The notes under the pieces were generated by a model. It did not search any database and had not been told where the DNA came from. It saw only the letters and a list, made by a program, of their open reading frames with translations. Shown here one piece after another: positions 29,706 through 37,843 of a DNA stretch of 64,000 nt. Within the stretch, counting starts at the first letter, position 1. Every line of letters begins with the position of its first letter. Made by a program: the position numbers and the translations under genes. This DNA is from Reclinomonas americana ATCC 50394 (lineage: Eukaryota): positions 1,922,001-1,986,000 of the forward strand of contig PS015010.1 of NCBI GenBank assembly GCA_048213135.1. Direction: 5' to 3'.

Positions 29706-30841
29706 AACATGGGCTGATCATTTCTTTTACTGAAAAGAATATGAAAGACGCCGTTGTGTTTTTCAACAAGCTCGTATTGATCTCCATGGCTTTTAAGCAG
29801 GCCGATCACACCAGCCATTTTTTCCGCCAGCGGCCGGTCCATAATGTTCTTTTTCCTGGATGAAATGGTATAGAATATTTGCTCCGTTTCTCCATGTTGC
29901 TGTCCGCATGAAACAGAAAAACCTTTCTTCGTCGTGTACACATTTACATTCTTATCATCGTTGGCAGTTTTACCGGCTGTTTCCAGCAACTCTAATCCTT
30001 CTGCCAACTGACGTATATGTAATGGGAGCAACAATTCTTTTTGCCCATTTTTCCTGAACCGGTAAATACTCACGGCCGCAGCAAGCAGCATTACCACCAG
30101 GATGACCGAGTGCCAGCCATATGCAGGCAGCCAGCCCATCCTGCTCATGGCGAGTGTAACAGCGGTGAGCAGGATGGTTGTCCATTGTGCTTCCGATAAC
30201 CCGTTCCACAACGGCCGTTCGGGATCGCCGCGAAAGTATTCGAGTACAAAACGCATTAACCCGTAAATAACCGTATATATGATGAGCACCGTACCGGGCT
30301 GCACCTGCATGAAGAGCAAAGCAACCCCGGTAAAAACAGTGACGAACACATAGGCCGATTCAATAAGCTGCACCGGTAAAAGCGGAATATTTTTATAGAA
30401 CCAGGTAAACCCGGCATCAACATGCTGCTGCCCGTATACCACCCCATGCCGGTGAGGGCGGCCATGGCAGCAACCCACCGAATAACAACCGATACGGCCG
30501 AACGCCAGGAAGACGCCGATACCCAGCAAAGTAATATCCAGGTAAGGTAAAACAGGTTGTCCCATAGCATACAGTACCAGTGCGCAACTGAGCATGATAC
30601 CGATCTCGTGGTGATAATAAACGATGGTTTCTTCGCCTGTGATCCACCTGGCGGCGAAAGCGAGGATAAAGAAAACAGCGGCGGCGGTGCCCGCCATGGC
30701 CAGGATGACCAAAGGATTAAGTTGTAATTGTGTACACAGGAATACACCCAACCCCAGGCCGAGGATATAGCCCAGCACGCCGAAGAAATGGAAGGAATGT
30801 ACCCGGGCATTCAAAATACGGATATACAAACGAGGTTTCAT
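29702..30841 (-). CDS. Prolipoprotein diacylglyceryl transferase (Lgt)-like membrane protein with C-terminal soluble extension
   Basis: Multiple TM helices; FGRIGCYSVGCCHG, LPVQLIES and YGLMRFVLEYFRGD match Lgt-family motifs. Stop overlaps the next start codon. Confidence 0.8.
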   Translation of the reverse strand: MKPRLYIRILNARVHSFHFFGVLGYILGLGLGVFLCTQLQLNPLVILAMAGTAAAVFFILAFAARWITGEETIVYYHHEIGIMLSCALVLYAMGQPVLPYLDITLLGIGVFLAFGRIGCYSVGCCHGRPHRHGVVYGQQHVDAGFTWFYKNIPLLPVQLIESAYVFVTVFTGVALLFMQVQPGTVLIIYTVIYGLMRFVLEYFRGDPERPLWNGLSEAQWTTILLTAVTLAMSRMGWLPAYGWHSVILVVMLLAAAVSIYRFRKNGQKELLLPLHIRQLAEGLELLETAGKTANDDKNVNVYTTKKGFSVSCGQQHGETEQIFYTISSRKKNIMDRPLAEKMAGVIGLLKSHGDQYELVEKHNGVFHILFSKRNDQPML

Positions 30842-30855
30842 AGTTACGTTTTCGT

Positions 30856-31341
30856 TTACACTATATCGTTAGTTTTCAGCAGGTCGCTGATTATACCCAG
30901 TAACCATTGATACAGGTCATTGGGGTCAGCTTCCATCGCTTTTTCAAGTTCTGCTCTTAATTCCAGGAGGGCGGCATTTGCTTTACCGTTCTCCCCTGTT
31001 TTATAGTAGTACCTCGACAACACGATCAGTACATTGGCTTTTCTTTCAACAGCAGCAAAGCCCTCCTCTGTTAATTTTGCCAGCAAGGATTCGCAGCGTT
31101 CAACAGGCTCATCCCTTTCTATTGCAGAATAGAATGCCAGTTCCAGCGCCCGTCTTCTTGTTTCCTGCTGCAGCTGCGGTTTACCGGGTGTAAGAGCGAT
31201 GTACTTATCCTGTATCGCTTTATACTCGTGCTGCAGTTTTTCCATACTCCAATAAGGTGTTTGGGCATATACTTTTTCCAGTTCCCTGGCCAGGGCCCTT
31301 GATATTTCCTTTTCGTCTGCCGAAAGATTCTCAAAATCCAT
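30856..31341 (-). CDS. Helical hypothetical protein, candidate immunity protein
   Basis: 161 aa, predicted all-alpha, no signal peptide, 22 bp downstream of a DUF4157 toxin gene. Confidence 0.6.
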   Translation of the reverse strand: MDFENLSADEKEISRALARELEKVYAQTPYWSMEKLQHEYKAIQDKYIALTPGKPQLQQETRRRALELAFYSAIERDEPVERCESLLAKLTEEGFAAVERKANVLIVLSRYYYKTGENGKANAALLELRAELEKAMEADPNDLYQWLLGIISDLLKTNDIV

Positions 31342-31363
31342 ATGTATTCAATTGTCTTTTTAA

Positions 31364-32914
31364 TTACCTGTGATTCCAGTAGGCGCAATCCATAAAGCCC
31401 CGGGTTTTGGGTATGCGGCTGGGCCATTGTCCGCCATTTGCCCTGCAGGCAGCGGCACAGCTTACACAACGGCCTTCACCCCAGACAGATCCATCTTCAT
31501 CGGCCAGAGAAGTAAGCATACAGGCCAGCATTTCTTCATGGCAGGGGTCCGGCCGTCTCGGACTGTCACTTTCGAGCAGTACACTGCTGCCGATCACCAG
31601 CGTACCCACACCAAGGGTACTCCATATTCCAGCTCCCGCGCCCGTCCCAACAGCTGCGCCCGTTCCTACCGCGGCTCCTGTACCCAGTACGGCGCCGCCT
31701 TCGAGCGCCACTGCAGCGGCAGGCGCTGCCACACAACGCTGCAATCTTAATCCCGATTTAAGTCCTTTCATTTTTGCTTTATCCTTCAAGCCTTTTTTCC
31801 CCTGCATCGACAGCACCGCATTCACGGCTGCGGAGTCGGCATCCTCTTCCAGTTGTCCATAGCCTGCATTGCCCGCAGACTTTTCATCGATCCCTCCTTC
31901 CTGTTGCTGTGTATGCGCCAGTTCATGCGCAATGAGCGCATCACCCACCACATTACCCGGCTGGTATTCCCCTTCCGCAAACGCGATATGATTACCAACT
32001 GTAAAAGCTCTTGCATTCATGCCGGATGACAACTGTGCCGCTTTTGCATCGTTATGTATCTCTACGCCTGCGAAACTTGTCCCGAAAGCCGTTTCCATTT
32101 TTGAACGGGTACCACCTTCCATCGGTGTGCCTTTGCCCAGGCTGCTCATCACTGACTGAGGCGATTGCGACACTGCTGGACTACCGGTATCAGATTTAAA
32201 AAACATGCCGCTTAATCCCGACCATATACTTCCGCCTCCGCCGGTATTGTTACCTGCACCGCCTGCGCCTGCTCCTCCTCCTCCCATACCTATCATCGAC
32301 GCCAGTTTGTTCATGATCCATTGCCGGGCGGCTATAAATACCCTTCCTTTTACCATTTGAATCACGGCTTCCGCTGTCGTTGCACCGGCTGTTCCGGGAG
32401 CATACCTCCTGATGAGGGATTCAATATCTGCAGCACTGCTGCCTTCGTACCTGGCAAAAGCGCTTTGCAGGTAAGGACAATTGTCTGCAGTAAAAGGGGT
32501 GGCTCTCAAAGCCAGGTTCACACTGTCCCTCACTTCCATTTTCAGTCTTGCCATGAACTGGCTTTTACGCATCTGACCGGCTTCGGGCGCTGCTGTATCC
32601 TCAACAATAAAATGCCTTGCCGCCTGGCCCGCTTGTTGTTGCTGCTGTTGTGCTGGCGGGTTTGCAGGAGGAGCAGTTGTTTTGGCTTGTTGCTGCGATG
32701 GCGCCGCTTCTTTTTTTTGCACTTTATCTTCCTGCTCGCATTCCTTACATTTTTTTTGGATCACCGGTTTTGCCCCGCTTTTTTTACTTCCACTTTCCGT
32801 CTTATTGAAAAAAGTATCCCCGCCACCGAAAAAATGCTGGTCACTCTCCTTAGAAGGGAGACTGGTAGTAACCGGTGGCACTTTTTTTTCTTTATCGAGG
32901 GGTTGTTTTTTCAT
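31364..32914 (-). CDS. DUF4157 effector with Gly-zipper and Cys-rich C-terminal payload
   Basis: IQKKCKEC; ALIAHELAHTQQQ; LEEDAD; LRLQRC; GTGAAV-type repeats; C-terminal C..C..CVSCAAAC..GQWP..C. Confidence 0.85.
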   Translation of the reverse strand: MKKQPLDKEKKVPPVTTSLPSKESDQHFFGGGDTFFNKTESGSKKSGAKPVIQKKCKECEQEDKVQKKEAAPSQQQAKTTAPPANPPAQQQQQQAGQAARHFIVEDTAAPEAGQMRKSQFMARLKMEVRDSVNLALRATPFTADNCPYLQSAFARYEGSSAADIESLIRRYAPGTAGATTAEAVIQMVKGRVFIAARQWIMNKLASMIGMGGGGAGAGGAGNNTGGGGSIWSGLSGMFFKSDTGSPAVSQSPQSVMSSLGKGTPMEGGTRSKMETAFGTSFAGVEIHNDAKAAQLSSGMNARAFTVGNHIAFAEGEYQPGNVVGDALIAHELAHTQQQEGGIDEKSAGNAGYGQLEEDADSAAVNAVLSMQGKKGLKDKAKMKGLKSGLRLQRCVAAPAAAVALEGGAVLGTGAAVGTGAAVGTGAGAGIWSTLGVGTLVIGSSVLLESDSPRRPDPCHEEMLACMLTSLADEDGSVWGEGRCVSCAAACRANGGQWPSRIPKTRGFMDCAYWNHR

Positions 32915-32953
32915 ATTTTACCAGGGCCGGTAAAGTGACCCCGTGCTTTTATT

Positions 32954-34297
32954 TTACTGCGTTATTTTAATGATATGAAATGCCTGCGGGCCGGCTATTG
33001 CCATATATATATAACCGGCATTATCTACCCGAGAGGTCCTGGCGGATTGCAACACAAACCTCTGCCTGCTTTCTTCCGCCGGCAGTTCAGCCAGTTCTTT
33101 TTTATCGTTATTATACGTCCAGAATCGCCTGTCCTTCCCTTCAAATGTTTCGATGACGAAGTCCTGCCGGTCGGTCAGCCGATTCAGCCTGCCCATCCGG
33201 ATACCGGGTCTGCTGAGATGAATTTTTGTGACACCGTTTATCTTTCCATCGGTGGCGGATCTGTAAATGAGCAGGTCCTGCGTGTTCTCATTATACTGGC
33301 TGATGAATAAGATACCGTCTTCTGCAGGAACAACATTATTTACCGGGAATGTCCATTCCTGTTGCAATGCCGGTGTGAGGCAGGAAAGAGAAAGCCCGTT
33401 TGCTCCATACAGGTTCATCCGCCGGTCTGTTGCAACAGGAAACGTGAGCATTTCATAGATACCGGGATTGGCATATTGTATCTCTTCTTTTCCTGTTACC
33501 GGATCATACTGTACAAAAGCCCGGTTGTTCTTTTCTTTGATAAAGCTGACATAACCTATCTGCATTTGTTCGCTGATGAATAAGGGAATGCCTGTTTTGT
33601 CAACAACAGCCCATTTATCCGCAGCTCCTGTTTTGGTATTCACTTTCAGCACCGCTGTTTTTCCGGGTTCTTCATACTGGATATAAAGAAAGCCTGCCTG
33701 CTCTTTTATGATACCGGTATACTTACCGGCTGGCAGTTGTTCCTGTATTTCCCAATTCACATGCCCCGTCGTATCTACACACCGCAACCTGTTGGTGACC
33801 GGCTTACCGGCAGAGACCAGTTTTTCCAGCAGGAAAAGTGTATTGTCGTCTGTAACCAGGAAATCGGTCACTTCATATTCTGCTGACAGATCAGCCTCCA
33901 GCAGAACAACAACATCTGTGCAACGCCGGTTTACCGCATCGTATATAATGAACCTTGTACCCATTGTTTTTCCTGCGGAAAAGGCGGGGTCATCGGCAAG
34001 AAGAACAACCTTATTGCCTGTTCCGGAAACACGAAAGCGGTAAGGCACTGTCATCATCCCCGGTTGCGCCTGGTTATTACCCTGGATGCTTGTTGTGGGT
34101 TGCCCGGTCTGGACTTTCGTAAGTCCACCCGGCGTATCCCAGTCAAGGTGAAACAATTCCCCGATCCTGAATCCTTCCTTCTCTGTTAATAATGTCGTTG
34201 TCATTTCTTCCTTTTGGTTATATATCTTTTTCGTGTTCCTGTTTTTACAGCTGTGGCTTGTGCTAAATAAAAATACCAAAAACAAGCAGTATCTCAC
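32954..34297 (-). CDS. Putative lipoprotein, beta-propeller-like, candidate immunity/accessory protein
   Basis: GTG start 3 bp after the effector stop; short hydrophobic stretch plus SHSC-K lipobox-like site; beta-rich repeats (VDNAGYIY, TDRRMNLY). Confidence 0.55.
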   Translation of the reverse strand: MRYCLFLVFLFSTSHSCKNRNTKKIYNQKEEMTTTLLTEKEGFRIGELFHLDWDTPGGLTKVQTGQPTTSIQGNNQAQPGMMTVPYRFRVSGTGNKVVLLADDPAFSAGKTMGTRFIIYDAVNRRCTDVVVLLEADLSAEYEVTDFLVTDDNTLFLLEKLVSAGKPVTNRLRCVDTTGHVNWEIQEQLPAGKYTGIIKEQAGFLYIQYEEPGKTAVLKVNTKTGAADKWAVVDKTGIPLFISEQMQIGYVSFIKEKNNRAFVQYDPVTGKEEIQYANPGIYEMLTFPVATDRRMNLYGANGLSLSCLTPALQQEWTFPVNNVVPAEDGILFISQYNENTQDLLIYRSATDGKINGVTKIHLSRPGIRMGRLNRLTDRQDFVIETFEGKDRRFWTYNNDKKELAELPAEESRQRFVLQSARTSRVDNAGYIYMAIAGPQAFHIIKITQ

Positions 34298-34300
34298 AGC

Positions 34301-37300
34301 TTACCAGTTAGGGGTTGCATATTCAATTACAAATGCAGGCTCGCCCCCGGCCACCCAATAATCGTTCAGTTCTTCAATGGTGGTTATTTTAACCTGGTCA
34401 ATGGTTCCGCCTGCTGTAAAAGCCGTATTGGGCGGTGGCCAGAAACTGTATATCTCCGTTCTTCCCACTCCATCCAGGGTGCCTTTTGCCAGTGCTATGT
34501 GACCTGCCCCGTCAAAGAAAACGATGTCACCTGCCACAGGTCTTGAAGCCGGGCTTGCCGGGTTGTACGGTATACGGTTGTTGAAACTCAGTTCGTTCAC
34601 CAGGAAAGCAAACCAGTCCGGCGCGCCTGATGTGTATATCGCATGTATCCTGGACCAGCTTAAAGCCCCGCTGCGGAATGCAGCAAGCATCACCATTTCC
34701 CAGCAGTTGATCACAGTTAATGCGCTCAGCGTAGGCGTGGGTCCCTGTGCCGGCGCACTCGCCCATACCTGGAATGTGGTGCCGGAACCGCGTCCGGATG
34801 GCCGCCATCTTGCGGTATCTCCTACCATTGACCCCATCTCATTGGCCACTCCCAGTTGTGTATGTGCTCGGGTGATCCAGGCAGGGGGCCTGTGGTCAGC
34901 GGAAGTATCGAATGTACCATCGCGTATATCCCTTTCCATAATGGCACAGGCGATAACATCTTCTCCGGCGGGGAAAGCATTCGATGCTTTAAAGAGGTTA
35001 CAAAGCCAGGCATAGTCCACATTGGATACCGATGCCTCTTCCAGCACCCATTGTATGGCAGTGAGCATATCGAAATGCAGGTCGTCCAATGCGGTTTTTA
35101 TGGTCGTGTTATCACAAACGCCGACAAAGAAATCACGCCAACCAACTGTTTTCAGTTTATCGCGGTTGGTCTGATCAGCAGCAGTAATCAGACTCTGGAT
35201 ATCACTGTATGCCAGTGAACTCGGCGACGCCTCTTCTTCTATCCATTCCATTTGTGTGATCAGATCAAAACCCAAATCCTTCACTGCCGTGATGATGGTG
35301 CTGTTGGTACAAACACCGACAAAGAAATCACGCCAGTCATTTGTTTTCAATTTATCCCGGTTGGGCTGGTCAGCAGACGTGATTAATGCCTGGATATCGC
35401 TGTACGCCAGCGAACTTGCCGCCGCTTCTTCTTTTACCCAATTCATTTGTGTTTCCAGATCAAAATGAAGATCCGTTACGGCTGTGATGATGGTGCTGTT
35501 CGTACAAACGCCGACAAAGAAATCACGCCAGTCATTTGTTTTTAACTTATCGCGGTTGGGCTGATCGGCTGCTGTGATCAAAGGCTGGATATCACTGTAA
35601 TCCAGCGAACTTGCCGATGCCTCTTCGTTTATCCACTCCAACTGTGTAACCAAATCAAAATGAAGGTCGGTTACAGCTGTTATGATGGTACTGTTGTCGC
35701 AGACGCTGGTAAAGAAACTCTTTCCGACTTCCGCACTTACCTTCAGCGCATCCCTCTCGGTTTGCGGGGTATTGGTATCAGTTATCATAGCACTGATATC
35801 GGAGTAACTGATGCTACTGTCACTATAGGCGGCGGCTTTAACCCATTTCAATTTCTCTTCGAGTGTTGGATGGAGTATGTTCACCGCCTGCACCATTTGT
35901 CCGACATCAAGAGCGCTGGCCATTCTTGTTCTGTAGGTAGGATCTGTAAGCACGGTTGTACGCTCTGTGTCCGTTAATAACCTCAGCTGGGCGATCACAT
36001 CCTCCTCGGGAACATCGAAACTGTCGAGCATTTCATTCAGGCTCGTTAAATGATCGGTGCCATCCTGTTTTTGTATATCCGGCGCATCTTTCTTCTGCAC
36101 CGACGAAGCCCCTTGTTGTATGGTATGCGTTAATTCGTGCGCCAGCAGGTGCTGACCGGTTTTGCTTTCGGGGTCATATTCACCGTTCCTGAAATAAATA
36201 TCATTGCCATGGGTAAACGCCAGCGCATGAATGTCCGAGCTCATTTGTGAAGCGTCGGAACCGGTATGTATTTTCACATCACTGAAGTCAGCACCCATGT
36301 GCTCTTCCATGTTTCCGCGAACATTATCCGGCAACTGGTCGCCGCTGCCTTTTGATGACTGGATACGGCTCTCCACCGATGCCGGTACTTCACTGCCGGT
36401 GTTTTCAGACTTCTCCTGTACTACGCCATCTTCAGCCTGTCTTTGTACCGACCCGCTTCCGCCACTGAAAGCCGTGAGGAACAGGTCATACTTAGCCATC
36501 GGGCGAACGTTTTCTATCACCTCACTGAATAGTCCGCTGTTGCCGTCAATGCTGTGTACATTGTCACCATCGATCTTTACAACAATGCAATGGTGCTGGT
36601 TAGGATCATGTATATACCCGATATCACCTGCCTGCGGCGAGGTGGTGGGTTTGAGTTTTCCAAAAGCCGACACACCTTTGCCCATTTGCCAGTTGCCTAT
36701 ATCCAGCCCAGCTTTTTTGTGTGCCCATACGGAAAAAATACCGCACCAGGATGGCATATCGGCTCCGGCGGTTTCAATGATACTGTCGTCCCATACACCG
36801 GGCGCCGCTTTATGAAAATATTCCAGCAGGTATTGCGCACCCACTCTTTTGCCGCTGCCATCCGCATGTTTGGCTTCTACTTTACCGATCTGTGATTTCG
36901 CGGCAGCTACCACCGCTTCCCTGGAACCATTGCCGGAACTGCCACCGGCTCGTTGTACTATCGCCGACAGTTTCGTAAACACCCGGTCGCCTTCTTCACA
37001 TTCGCGGCACCGTCTTTGCACAAGAACTTCTGTCGTACCTGATGTATTCGTTGCTGAATTATTATTATCCTGCCCGTTATCCCCCGCATCATCTGCAGGT
37101 GGTGATTCAGGAGGGATATCACCCGCTCCTGCACGCCTGATCTCCATTACAGGCTCGGATTGTTCGTCCTCTTCTTTTTGAATATCTTTTTCCGCTGTCT
37201 TTGGCTGGAAAGTATCACAGGTGTTGCACTGCTGCTGAACCGTTGTTGCAGCGTCTGTTGTTTTGGCTGCAGCTACAGGCTCCGCCAATTGCTGTACTAC

Positions 37301-37816
37301 TTTATCAGCCATGGCATCGGCTTCCTGCTCATACGGGTCGCCGGCTTCGCCAACGCTGAGTTTGGCCTGTATGGGAAGATGTTGCCCTTCTGTACCCGGC
37401 TCTTCTGATTTTTCCTGCACCAGTTTGTCTTCCTGCTGTTCTTCTTCTTTTTCGCAGTGATCGCATTTGGCCTGGATTAAGTCTGCACCGGGATCTGTAT
37501 TATTTTCTTCACTACCCTGTTCTGTGCATTCCTTTTGCTGTACCACATCCGTTTCTCCCTCGGAAATATCTTTTTTATCCGGCTGTTCTTCTTTTTCACA
37601 CGGGTCGCATTTGGCCTGGATTGTTGTTGGGGTGGTATGACTGAAGAAACCGGGTTCAGATTTAGCCTGTACCGGCGGCTCTCCCGATTTCATGAAGAAA
37701 GGTTGTTCCTGTTCTACGGTTGAAGACAAAGCGAGGCCTCCCTCCTTGCTAAAGAAAGACGCTTTGCTTTTCGCAACAGTCGTTGCGGCCGATTTTTGAT
37801 CTGTGGCTCTCATCAC
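34301..37816 (-). CDS. Large DUF4157 effector: Q[RK]/CxxC leader, CHAP-like amidase, DUF4157, 65-aa helical repeats, C-terminal NlpC/P60-like domain
   Basis: IQAKLSVG..DPYEQEAD; PSWCGIF..PQAGDI..HHCIV..IDGNS; LLAHELTHTIQQ; INCWEM..GDIVFF..GHIALA. Confidence 0.87.
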   Translation of the reverse strand: MMRATDQKSAATTVAKSKASFFSKEGGLALSSTVEQEQPFFMKSGEPPVQAKSEPGFFSHTTPTTIQAKCDPCEKEEQPDKKDISEGETDVVQQKECTEQGSEENNTDPGADLIQAKCDHCEKEEEQQEDKLVQEKSEEPGTEGQHLPIQAKLSVGEAGDPYEQEADAMADKVVQQLAEPVAAAKTTDAATTVQQQCNTCDTFQPKTAEKDIQKEEDEQSEPVMEIRRAGAGDIPPESPPADDAGDNGQDNNNSATNTSGTTEVLVQRRCRECEEGDRVFTKLSAIVQRAGGSSGNGSREAVVAAAKSQIGKVEAKHADGSGKRVGAQYLLEYFHKAAPGVWDDSIIETAGADMPSWCGIFSVWAHKKAGLDIGNWQMGKGVSAFGKLKPTTSPQAGDIGYIHDPNQHHCIVVKIDGDNVHSIDGNSGLFSEVIENVRPMAKYDLFLTAFSGGSGSVQRQAEDGVVQEKSENTGSEVPASVESRIQSSKGSGDQLPDNVRGNMEEHMGADFSDVKIHTGSDASQMSSDIHALAFTHGNDIYFRNGEYDPESKTGQHLLAHELTHTIQQGASSVQKKDAPDIQKQDGTDHLTSLNEMLDSFDVPEEDVIAQLRLLTDTERTTVLTDPTYRTRMASALDVGQMVQAVNILHPTLEEKLKWVKAAAYSDSSISYSDISAMITDTNTPQTERDALKVSAEVGKSFFTSVCDNSTIITAVTDLHFDLVTQLEWINEEASASSLDYSDIQPLITAADQPNRDKLKTNDWRDFFVGVCTNSTIITAVTDLHFDLETQMNWVKEEAAASSLAYSDIQALITSADQPNRDKLKTNDWRDFFVGVCTNSTIITAVKDLGFDLITQMEWIEEEASPSSLAYSDIQSLITAADQTNRDKLKTVGWRDFFVGVCDNTTIKTALDDLHFDMLTAIQWVLEEASVSNVDYAWLCNLFKASNAFPAGEDVIACAIMERDIRDGTFDTSADHRPPAWITRAHTQLGVANEMGSMVGDTARWRPSGRGSGTTFQVWASAPAQGPTPTLSALTVINCWEMVMLAAFRSGALSWSRIHAIYTSGAPDWFAFLVNELSFNNRIPYNPASPASRPVAGDIVFFDGAGHIALAKGTLDGVGRTEIYSFWPPPNTAFTAGGTIDQVKITTIEELNDYWVAGGEPAFVIEYATPNW
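35010..35920 (-). repeat. Intragenic 195-bp (65-aa) tandem repeats, about 3.5 conserved copies plus 1 degenerate
   Basis: AAAGAAA-anchored units at 35126, 35321, 35516 and 35711; unit FFVGVCTNSTIITAVTDLHFDL..W..EEA..SSL.YSDIQ.LIT.ADQ.NRDKLKT.DWRD. Confidence 0.92.
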
Positions 37817-37843
37817 CGGTTATTCAATTCATCGGTTTACATA

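Noticed and set aside
35010-35920. Possible CRISPR array or DGR template/variable repeat
   Set aside because: In-frame 195-bp coding repeats without unique spacers; no cas or reverse transcriptase gene in the window.
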